NCBI RefSeq assembly: GCF_009914755.1
Contig: NC_060937.1
From: the human T2T-CHM13v2.0 reference genome, Homo sapiens
Direction: 5' to 3' (one strand)
Length of the DNA stretch: 64,000 nt
Both the position numbers and the translations under genes were made by a program. Of the stretch, positions 1 to 12,306 are shown in pieces; the stretch's first letter is position 1; every line of letters starts with the position of its first letter. A model generated the notes under the pieces. It was not told the DNA's origin. It ran no database searches and worked only from the letters and a program-made list of their open reading frames with translations.

Positions 1-129
1 TGCACCAGGCCAATATTTTATTTTTAAAATGCCATGTAGTCAAAACGATCTATTAAAAATAATTTATTATTATAAGCATATAATCATTAAAAAACTTCTC
101 TTATTGAAAATAATTTGAAAAACATATAT

Positions 130-590
130 ATATAGAACTTTTATGATGCCAATTTTAATAGTTAAATATTGATTCCACCTGGAATTAATTTGGTAAAACA
201 TCTGAAGTAATAATCTAGTTTTCTTTCTTTTCTTCTTTTCTTTCTTTCCCTAACTCTCTCTCCTCCTCCCTCCCTCCTCTTTGCACATTTTTCAAATGTA
301 TATCTAGGTATTTTATGAGGAATTCTTATAGTTTTCAAATGGAATTTGTAGGCTATTTTTTTCTTCTATTATATTCGGTAACAAATTACCATATATACAT
401 AGGGAATTTATTAATTCTATTAAATATAATTAAATTTAATTATAATTAAATATGTTAATTATATAGTCAGCCTCATCATTGCTCACTCTACTATTTTCCC
501 GATTAGATTTTCATTAAATTACCTTGAGTTTTCTGGGGATAAAATTACATTATCTCTAAATAATAATATTTTCCATCTTCCTAATTAAAA
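130..590 (-). mobile_element. Ancient L1M-type LINE fragment (highly diverged)
   Basis: Degenerate similarity to antisense L1 ORF2 sequence (tctaggtattttat..., cattatctctaaataata...tcttcc); boundaries approximate. Confidence 0.45.
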
Positions 591-717
591 GGAATAGTTC
601 TATCATCAAATGCATTTCTCCCATGATCTAAGTTGTTATTTATTTTTTATCATACAGATTATTTCCATAAAATTTACTTCTAAATCTTGATCATGAAGTT
701 TCTGTAAAATTACAGTT

Positions 718-755
718 GTGTGTGGAGTGAGTGAGTGTGTGTGTGTGTATGTGTT
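718..755. repeat. (TG)n/(GAGT)n microsatellite
   Basis: gtgtgtggagtgagtgagtgtgtgtgtgtgtatgtgt. Confidence 0.85.
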
Positions 756-1867
756 TAATCAATTCTTAGAAGTGGGAGTCATAAATATTCAGGCTATAAT
801 AAATATCTTAAAATAGTCTAATTCTTAATTAGTATTTGTAAATGTGTTTACCCTTGCACAGTGTTCTAGAAGCAAGCGTTTCAAAACTTCAGCATAAAGA
901 TAAAATCAAAATTGCCATTGCCTGATAAAAATCCAAAGATAAATTATAATGCTTACCTTTAAAATCAACATTAAGCAAAATAATAGCCTAGCAACATTGG
1001 CATTGTCAAAATAAACTTCAGGACATTTTACTAAGTATAACTTGACATAATTTTTAAACTTAGTCTTAAAACTCATATTTTAAATACATATCGATGAAAT
1101 TCTCTGCTTTACATACATCCTATCTTCATAAACAACTGCCTTAATTTCTTTTATTATGACGCTGAGGAACTGAAAGACTAACATAGTTAATCAAAGAATA
1201 TATACACTTTCAGTTTGTGAAAGATATACTGGATTTTATGTCCACCTCAAAATGCTCAGCATCCTAAGGACAAACCGAGGGCCATAAGGAGAGAGTTTTT
1301 TTTTTTTCTTTTTCTGTGTGAAACAGACTTTTCTGCTTGAAAGCAACAGTACATACTGTACTACCTAGACTGAAACAGATTTAGGATTAGTAGTGGGTGA
1401 AAACTGGCAAGTTTTCCTTCATATAAATCTTGCTAACAACATAGCAGATTTCATTATCCTGAAAAAAAATCTTAAAACTTTCTAAAGCAAAAGCAAAACA
1501 AAATATGTATGACTTTTCGCCCAGAATAATTATTGCTGCCACAACAGTCAGTTCACTCTGAATATGTGGAGAATTGTATAATCTCATCAGGGGGCCTCAG
1601 AGTTATCTGTCCTCTAGCTGTAAATAAATAAGAAATTGGATAACCAATTTTGAATTTTACTTTCCATTTAAAGTTATCTATCACGTTCTTGGAAAGAGAT
1701 ACCCAAATTAGGTGATACAATGTGATGTGGCACTTTAATAGGTTTTCCATTTTCTAACTACAATATTGAGAAACTTTACTTGGACACATCAACTCTGAGT
1801 TTATATCCGACATGTAAGACCTTCTGCTCGATGTTGACGATCTACTTCCCGGTGTTTTCTACAACTA

Positions 1868-2682
<815 letters not shown>

Positions 2683-3696
2683 AATTATTGTATCCTCCTC
2701 CCAAATATGTGTTCTTTAAAACAGTATTTACATATTTACATTACATATCAACTCATAGACTGCTTTTTCTCTTGCTTGCATTGCCCTATTTCAACTCGAC
2801 TTTATTCAAAGCACCATGAAGGAAGACACCAGTCCTTACACCCTGTCTATAAAGACCCGATGTGGAATTGACTTCCCCTCTCCAGTGAGGGTGGGTTCCC
2901 ATCACACTGATGCTCACGGTGGCACCTTGTGCCAACTTTCATTCAGTCAATGTGGGAAAATGTTCATCCCATCCCGACATTATCCATTCTCACCTCCTTC
3001 TTCACTCAGTTTCTTATGTGGATCTGGGACACAATGCATACTGTTGTTTAACTCTTTAAGTATTTTTCTTTCTTCCTAACATCATTTCTAATAATGCAGA
3101 AGTTTTTTCCTGAAGCTAGGCTGGAAGACATTCTGAGCACCCTGTTTTATCTTATACTCAAACCATTTTTGTCCTGGGTCCCTAACCATTGTCTGTGCTT
3201 TTCACTATTGACTCAGAGTGAGTTCTTGTTCTATCAGGTATTGATTTTGTTTGCACAACAGATATCAACCACATCAGACTTTCCAAGAGGTATCTCAGGT
3301 CTTCATAAAAGTAGGTATCTATTATCTTCATCTAACAACCCCAAATTTGTCTAGTGTAAAAATGATCAAGTGCAGCTTAACATTTCATTATATCAAAATT
3401 CCTCTGATATTTGTTTGTGGAATACATTTTTAATATTTAATTGTCTCAATATGCTGAACTTTGTGTCTTCCTGGCCTAGATGTAGACTGTAACATCTACT
3501 GGGTGTGTAAGGTGCTTATTTCTCTATAAAGCAATGGGATCCATGTACGGCAGTAACAACTCCACTCCAGTCCTTGTCTTCCTTCCTGCATCCTGTTTCG
3601 TAATATCACCAATGTATTAAATGGAAGGATTTTTAAGAATTCAAATATGGCCTCTGGCTCTTTTCCTTCTTTATTATATTCAAAAATACATGGGCT

Positions 3697-4001
<305 letters not shown>

Positions 4002-4137
4002 AAATACATGGGCTTAAATAGAAGACATTTTTCTATTCACAGTGGTACTATTTGTTCTCTACGAGTTTGGCCCAGTAGAGGTAAAATTACTGTCTCTAAT
4101 CATGTGACTGTTGTGTGCTCTTTGGAGACTATCCCTA

Positions 4138-4453
4138 TGCAGGAAGTCTCTACAAGGGTTCCCAGCAATTCCTGTCTCCAGCATCCATGCCCTGGAGTAA
4201 TCCCCTCCCCTCGAGTGTGAGCAGGGATCACTTACTGCCTTAGTTCTGATGAAAAGGCTATGGCAGAAGTGACAGGATGCAACTCCCAATATGAGGCTGT
4301 AAAACGATTGTGCTTGTGGCTTGCAGCTTGGGTTCACTCTTTTTCTCTCTGTCTTCCTGGATTCCTGACACACAGAAACGATGAGATAATAAAGATTTGT
4401 TTCTCTCGGTTGCTAAGTTTTGAGATTATTTGTACACAACTGTAGATAATACA
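4138..4453 (+). mobile_element. MLT1F/G-like MaLR LTR, internally deleted
   Basis: taatcccctcccctcgagtgtg...tatggcagaagtgac 5' part and cctgacacacagaaac..gagataataaa..ctaagttttg..gataataca 3' part. Confidence 0.65.
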
Positions 4454-4458
4454 ATCTA

Positions 4459-4703
4459 TTTCTTTTTTTCCCCCAACTTTTATTTTAGGCTCTGAGGTAC
4501 ATGTGCAGGTGTGTTACATGGGTAAATTGCATGTCAGTGAGGTTTGGGGTACAAATGATCTCATTGCCCAGGTAATGGAATAGTACCTGCTAGGAAGTTT
4601 TTCAACCCTCACTCCTCTCTCACCCTCCCCACTCTAACAGTCCCCAGTGCCTATTGTTTCCATCTTTGTGACCATGTGGACTCAATGTTTAGTTCCCATT
4701 TAT
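4459..4703 (-). mobile_element. L1PA15/16-like 3' UTR fragment
   Basis: caacttttattttagg..gtacatgtgcagg..ttacatgggtaaattgc; near-TSD tacaatctatttctt / tacaattcatttctt. Confidence 0.8.
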
Positions 4704-6619
4704 CATTACAATTCATTTCTTACACACATACATGTAATACCCCTGAAACACAAATCACTTACACGTACTCAAAATCTAAAATAAGTAATCTCACTTAAGA
4801 ATTCTTAACTTTGTTCCAGAAAATTGTTGACTAACATTGAATTTTATCTTTTATTACCTGAGACGGAGAAGAAAAGTAGATGGCAAGAATATCACTTTAA
4901 ATAAAGCTGAGTATATAAAATCATAATTCTACCCAATGCAAATATAAACAAATATAAATAAATAATATGACAGCATCAGTGAAGTTTCTTGTGCTTCAGA
5001 GGTTAACTGGCCTCACATACAAAGTGCAGATTCACTAAGCTGCATATGTGTTGACTAGATTTATTTTCTTCACAGGAATCTACAGTTCTTTCTAATTTTC
5101 GTTTGGAGATTTGCATGATTTATTTAAAAGTGATTCCTCAATTAAAATTGGATCAGATTAAAACAAAGGTAGGTTTTTCCCCAAATTATATACGTTTAAA
5201 GATTTTTAAAGCTATATTTGTTAATAAAGATAATATTTATTGTTGGGTGTACCATATGTGCCTGTCTCTAAACCCAGGCAGTTTTCTGCATATAGGCCAT
5301 GATTCACACAATATCGCTGTAAAGCTAATCCTGTCATGAACAGAAAATGAGATATAAGTTTTGTACAGAAAAGGATGAAGTTGAATAAAAATAACATTGA
5401 CTCTTGCAAGAGGCGGTAGATTTCATATCACTGAAGAGGTGAAAGTCTAGATCAGAAAGCCACCAGGTGAGGATGCTGAGGCACAGGTGGAAGTCCCCAT
5501 TGGGAGATTGAACTCTGTGGCCCCTCCCCTCTGTAAAAACTACGATTCTAATAAAATAATTAAGTGGTGCTAAGATTTTAATTTTTTATGTAGCCTTTCT
5601 AAATTCTTTCAAAATCTTTAATAAGCATGATGTATGAAATATTAAAAGAGGCAAAATTATAAAATATTGTAGAGGTAATCTAATCACATGAACAAGTGGA
5701 ATAAGCAAATTGATAAACTATTTCTCTGACAGTGCAAAATAGTTTTTGTTTTTATCTGCAAGTGCAATTGCTCATTAGTTAATTCTCAATCTCTCTGGAA
5801 AACTGAGAAGCCAGTTTGCCATGCGGTGTTGAGACAACAATTTACTTATATGTTACATGTCTGATTCTTCTGAAGACCAAGCTCGATGGTACTTCAAAAA
5901 TGGAACTGAAAAGTAACAAAAATGGAAGTGACTCTGGGTTTAAACTCCGGGAAGCCATTTTGCCTCTTACTTTCTATTTCTATCCTCAATTTTTATTAGG
6001 ACACTATGGCTACAGAATTCAATTTCAGTGTTCCCCAGAGAGAACTGAAAGATGAATGCTACTAAAGAGAATTCCATTTTGAATCGGTGCTACTTTGAAT
6101 TTCTTACATGTTTTTATAGTCAGCAATAGCAATAAAGATATTTTGCTAATTTTGAAAGACAAAACAAAAAGAGGAAGGTAATCATCAAATTGTTTTAAAG
6201 CCAAACTTTAGATGGTTCTTCTAGTATAAAACTTCTCATACATTGCTAACGTGATATTATAAATACATATTTATTCCTTTCTAGAGGAAAATAAACTAAT
6301 AAAATAATAATTATGTTAATTGTATAAAGGAAAAACAAATACATCATGTTTTAGCATTTTTTTATTATGAAGTCAGATTTTCTCTCTCTCTAACTGGCAA
6401 AAATTAATTCTGTTAAAACTCAAATGTCTTTGACACTTTTCCTAGAGAAATTTCAGCTGACAAGTAACATCATAGTGGTAGTCACTTAGAACAGGATGAC
6501 TCCACATATGCCTTCATTTCAGAAGTGACCCTGTCTCTTTAGGATTTCTAATTTAATTCATTCAATACATTAATCTAGGAAGAAGCAATCATACATATAC
6601 CCATACAAATATATGCTTT

Positions 6620-6760
6620 CTATTTATTTATTTAAGCACAAATTCATCGAGTACATGTGCAATTTTGTTAAATCCATAGATTATGTAATGGTCAAGTCAG
6701 AGCTTTTGGGGTATCCATCACCTGAATAACATACATTGTATCCATTAATTAATTTCTCAC
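6620..6760 (-). mobile_element. L1PB/L1MA 3' end fragment
   Basis: gtacatgtgcaattttgtta..gtcaagtcagagcttttggggtatccatcacctgaataac. Confidence 0.7.
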
Positions 6761-7428
6761 TTTCGTTTTTGTGTGCCTTCTTTGTCATTAGCTAGAAGAC
6801 ATTTCATAACTTCTTGCTTTTCATGTTTCTCGTATTTCTAGGCATGCTATCTAATATCACCTGTTGTTATATCCCCATTATCTTTATTTGAGGGGCTGTC
6901 TTATCTACTATTACCAAACAATGCAAATAAAAGCTCATAATGGGAGTTTTGGTTGGTTTTAACTCATCAGTATATTATGCTACAGGCACTTCAAATATGG
7001 AAAGAAATAACACTTTTATCCAAAAATACTGACTTCGGGGCAAGGCACCCTCTATTCTAAGAATGTAAAAGTGAAACATCAATTTCACATACACTCACCA
7101 TCAGCATTGAGACCTTAAATAAACATTGGTCTTCGTAGAGCTCAGATGATTCATAACTTTCCAAAGCCCAGATTTGTTCTGCACTTTCTCTGGTGCTTCC
7201 TCCTCAGATATATCTCAATACTCATTAACAAAGAGAATTTTAACTGCTCTAGTATATCTTACTTGCCAGATAATCATAGTTTCATATTTCTTTACTGAGA
7301 CTATGTTGTGTAATTTATGGAAATAAAATATCTATTTGTTAAAATGGGGCATTATACCTTTGATTCAAAAAACAGTAAATTATAAATGAGAGATAAGATG
7401 AATTATGCCAAGTATAATTTATTTCATT

Positions 7429-7606
7429 ACATAAACATAGAAAACCAGAAAGACAGATCACAGGGTAGCTATACTGTTTTTTATAATGATGCCTCCTTAC
7501 CCTGACAGTTATCACAACATAAACATAGAAAACCAGAAAGACAAACGAGAGGGTAGTTATGCTCTGATTTTATAATGATGCCTCTTTACCCTGACGGCTA
7601 TCACAA
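7429..7606. repeat. Two-copy ~88-bp tandem duplication
   Basis: acataaacatagaaaaccagaaagaca...ttataatgatgcctc..taccctgac..tatcaca starts at 7429 and again at 7517. Confidence 0.95.
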
Positions 7607-8391
7607 ATGCAGCAAAATGAGGTCAATGATGTCCCCTTGGTAGACTTGGTGATGGCTGGGAAACTGTCAGTAAGTGTCACAGAAAGCTTGCCTTGTCAAT
7701 TTTTGACCTTTCTTCTTTTTCTGCAGTCATTGAAAACATGTTCCAGGATGGCATAAAAGGTCAGTATCTTGCTGGTTTTTAGCCCAATCTTCAACAAAGT
7801 CCTAGTACAAAACTTTGGAACAGGCAAAATGACAACACTGGGGATTGAGGAGCAGAGCAACATGAATTGTGTTTTCTGAAGGTGACAGTGAATAAGGCAT
7901 AAAATCCTCTTTTGGCATTCTATTCCTTGTGAAGTAGCAGTTCTCTTCATGTCACCATTCAACCCTTACCCATAAGATGTATTCCAGGTACTTTATAGAT
8001 CACTCCTTGGGGTGGAACCACTGTTCCCATTCATCATCATGGGAACAATGACTCTTATGAAAAGCATTCATCAAATTCCTCTCTAAACATGACTGTGCTG
8101 GGCATCGTAGCAAAAAGTGAAACTTGTATTATTCTCCCTGTTAGGAGTTTACTATTTACTGCTGATAAGATTGATACAAAAATATGCTCTTTATTGTTTA
8201 TAAGCCTTAAAAACTCAACTGCTTTCATGCTCTTACCTCAGTACATGGACATGATGAAGAAAAGCTTAAATCAACAACTGTCCACTGACCACACTTTGTT
8301 TTAAACTAGCCAGAGAGAAATTCCACGACACATTAGAGTTTCATAAAATAGAGTTTAAAAACTACTGCATGAATAATAATAATCATAACAG

Positions 8392-8421
8392 TCATCATCA
8401 TCATCATCATCATCATCATCA
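8392..8421. repeat. (TCA)n trinucleotide microsatellite
   Basis: About 10 consecutive tca units. Confidence 0.95.
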
Positions 8422-8519
8422 CATTCAGGACATTGATGGGCCCAAGTAGGGTCGGTTATTTTTACAACTTCAACTTCCTGCTTCATGTTGTCTTTACTGC
8501 ATAATGATGGCAAATTAAG

Positions 8520-9030
8520 CATAGCAGGCAGAGTAATGGCTCCCCGCAAAAGCCACTTCCTTATCTTTGATTCAAAAAACAGTTATCTCTAGAACCTGTG
8601 AAAAGACAGCTTACATGGCAAATGGGACTTTGCAGATGTGATTAAGTTAGGATTTTGAGATAGAGAAATTATCCTATATTATCTTGGTGGGCTTAATATA
8701 ATTACAATGTTCCTTATAAGGGAAAAGGAGAAGTCAGGGTGTTGGAGGAGAAGATGTCACTAAGTAAGCTGAGGTCAGAGAGACAGATGCTGTTCCTGGC
8801 TGGGGCCACAAGCCAAGGAACAAGGCGGCCTCTAGAAGCTGGGAAGGCAAGGAAATGAATGCTTTCCTAGAGCGTCCAACAGGACTGCAATCCTGCCGAC
8901 ACCTACATTTTAGTTTAGGGAAACCTATTGTGACCTTCTGGCCTCTAGAACTGTAAGATAATAAAGTTGTGGTGTTTCTCACCCCTACATTCGTGTTCAT
9001 TTGTTATGGCAGCCATGAGAACCTAATGCA
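8520..9030 (+). mobile_element. MLT1D-like MaLR solo LTR
   Basis: gcagagtaatggctcccc..gaacctgtg..ttacatggcaaa..gactttgcagatgtgattaag..tctagaagctgg..ctagaactgtaagataataaa..ctaatgca. Confidence 0.85.
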
Positions 9031-9977
9031 GTGATGATGTACTGACTCTGAAATACATCAGTTTTGTTCACATTTGGGATATGAAAACATTAATCCCTGT
9101 GGTGGAAGTCTACAGCATGCTAATGCATTTCTTTTTACTGTTGACTTAATGAAGGAAACTCAATTGAAAATTAGTGACAGCTATTAGCACAGTCTGAGGA
9201 GCAGAGGTCAGGAATGCTGGGAAAAATAAGAAGGAAAGATAATGTGGGGTAAAAGGTCCTAAATTCAGGAAGTCTAAGACACAGTGAGCAGAATGATGAA
9301 CAAGAGACAGGAAAGAAAGCTTTCGTCGGTGGAGATGTCCGTCTTGCCCTGTTCTGCAGCCCTGTCTATTGTCACTGGCAGTATTTTATAGAATTTTCCA
9401 TCTTCTCTGGTGGGGAAATCCAGTGCTCCCAAAAGAAGCCTTCCTTACAAGCAGCAAATATTATTTCAAAAAGAGGAAAAAAAACTCGGGTTTCTGAAAA
9501 CAAAATTTTCTTTATTTTCTTCTCAAATGATAAAAGAGAAAAATGAGGAGACAGAGAAGATGTGTGACTAAACCCTGCCTTAAGCTTTACTGGTATACCT
9601 CATTATAATTTCTTCTGATGAGAATCTACAATATTCTCATACTGAATATTTTCAGCTTATTTGAAAAATAAAATCAATCTTGGAGACCAAAAAGCATTTT
9701 GAGCTTTGGAATTGCCCTGGAAAGCCAATAAATTATGAGTTAACATAAGACATATGTATGATCATGTATATCTTCCAAAAGCTTTAGAATAATTCGCCAG
9801 GCTGATTATTAATCTTCAAATTATTTACTTGCAAGACATTTTTTGCTGCAAAGTAAGATTGTATTATGTGCTTGGGATGATGTGTTTCAGTAGTCCTCTA
9901 CTGTAGGCTACTAGATTTAGCATCCATTGATGGGAATGGTCTGAAGCAATTACTACCGGGATGTTTGCTAAGTGTGA

Positions 9978-10354
<377 letters not shown>

Positions 10355-11381
10355 TGTCAATATTCCTTATAATCAATGTAAACGTGATGGGGGAGGTGAT
10401 AGGGATACTGGCATTTCTATTTTGAAACATAATAGCCAGCTGCATACCTACCTCTGCTGCTACAAATCATGACAACCATGTACTTGAGAATAAAATATGA
10501 AGATTTATGAAGCAAAAGGCAAGAAAGGGAAGGAGAAGAAAAACAGAAGGAAGGAGAGCAATGACAGTCACTTGTAAAATGAACACATTCTGATTTACTG
10601 GTGGAGAATACTGGCTAACTTCAAACCAAAAGCATGGGAGAGATACTTGATATTTATCATCTACTACTCATATAAATGTAGCATTGTTGGTTCTATGTAT
10701 CTACCTCCTTTCAAACCATCTATCCATCTCCTTCCTTGCAACCTCTTATGATTCGTACATAACAGTGCATTTACATGCAACTTTGGTATTCTAGGTAAAT
10801 AAATAAAACTTTACTTGGTATACTTGTCTATGTTCCTTAGCATTTACATATAAATGGAACACATCAAATATATCATCCTTTCACTTGTCAGTCACAAAGC
10901 TCCTCATTCTTCCTCATTCAGTGAGAAAGAAGTATTTGCTTTTAGATTGTCGCTGTTAGACAAACCACGTCTTCTCTAGCAAATGAAAGTCGTATTTTGC
11001 TCCTAATTTTTCTACTTACAACATTACGAAAGAAAGTTGATTTGAACAAAGTCTAAGCTGCTATTAAATTTTGAGAAAAGAATCCTCCCTCGCCAAAGGT
11101 GAAGTTTGGAGCTATGGGTTGAAGCAATATGCAAAACCACAACTCAGTTGTGGGTGAAAATTTAGATATGTTCTTCCTGTTAGTAATTCATCATAAACTA
11201 AGTGCGTTTCTAAAGAGAAAAGCCCCATCAGTGAATCTAGCCTAAAATACTATAAACGTGTTTTCCCAAATAGCATAAAGACAGCACATATTTAATATAA
11301 GTGTATGAAAGAAGGAAAGAAAAGCCCAACTTAGAAATGTTATTCAGAAAATATTGACTCATTTATTATTTTTTAAAGAAC

Positions 11382-11945
11382 ATATTAAATATCAATGTAC
11401 TATGATGTTGACTAGGTACTATGATATTTAACATCTATGTACAAATGATGATGTTGAATATTTATGTACTGTGATATCAGATATCCATGTACTATGATAT
11501 CAGATATCTCTGTACAATGATGTTGGATATCTGTATATTACGATGATATTGAATATATATGTACTAAGGTATTGGATATCTCTCTACTATGATTTGGAAA
11601 TCTACATATTATGATATTGAATACCTATTTACTATGATGTTGAATATCTGGGTACTATGATATTGGATGTCTATGTACTAAAATATTGGATCCCTCTGTA
11701 GTATGGTGTTGAGTATGCACTATGATATTGGATATCTATGTACTAAGATATTAGATATCTCTGTACTGTGATATTGGATATCTCTGTACTATGATATTGG
11801 ATGTCTACATACTATGATATTAAATATCTGTGTACTATGATATTAAATGTCTCTGTACTATGATATTGGATATCTCTCTGTACTTTGATATTAGATATCT
11901 CTGCACTATAGTATTGGATACCTCCTTTCTGTGAAACTATGTTAG
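11382..11945. repeat. 23-bp minisatellite, roughly 24 diverged copies
   Basis: Unit approximately tactatgatattggatatctctg repeated head-to-tail. Confidence 0.95.
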
Positions 11946-11949
11946 ACAT

Positions 11950-12306
11950 CTTTTTCCTCAGGACCTTACTCGCTGCTGTGCACTTTGTGGCCTCCTCTTG
12001 CTCCTGGAAGATCCCAGGCTCTCCCCTCCACCAGGGCGAGGTGCTTTCTGTCTCCTCTGCAGAAATGCTCCCTGACAGTTTGTATCCATCCCTCACCTCC
12101 AACTTTACTTTTATTCATTCCTCAGATTTCAAAATTACTTCCTCAGGAAGGCCTTCTTTGACTTTTGAATCAAGATCAAGTTTTTGTTAGGTGAGGTTGT
12201 AGAATGAGGTTTCTTTCCCTGTGTGTTCCTTCCTATACTTACTTAATATCTGCCACCTGTGCTTGACAGCGCCAAGAGAACAGGCGTTGTTGAACAAATG
12301 AATAAA
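11950..12306 (+). mobile_element. L2 LINE 3' fragment
   Basis: cttcctcaggaaggccttctttgac and terminal tgttgaacaaatgaataaat. Confidence 0.65.

Noticed and set aside
951-990. Second minus-strand AG|GTAAGC recursive-site candidate
   Set aside because: The pyrimidine tract is weak. Similar AG|GT words occur on the plus strand (about 10794 and 28444), so chance is a sufficient explanation.
7727-7759. 33-nt plus-strand microexon (ctgcag|TCATTG...AAAAG|gtcagt)
   Set aside because: Its pyrimidine tract is the antisense of the Lys-rich codons of the decayed frame, and it gives a stop if joined in phase to the 5076 exon.
8016-8036. DEWEQWF resemblance to SV40 large T DEWEQWW
   Set aside because: It is only a 6-residue match; the flanking LxCxE motif and origin-binding domain are absent.
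8060-8105. N-terminal extension MPSTVMFREEFDECF of the decayed frame
   Set aside because: It needs a frameshift and overlaps an L2-like 3' end relic, so it is probably unrelated.
11382-11945. CRISPR-like array
   Set aside because: The units are contiguous tandem copies without unique spacers, the context is eukaryotic, and there are no cas genes.
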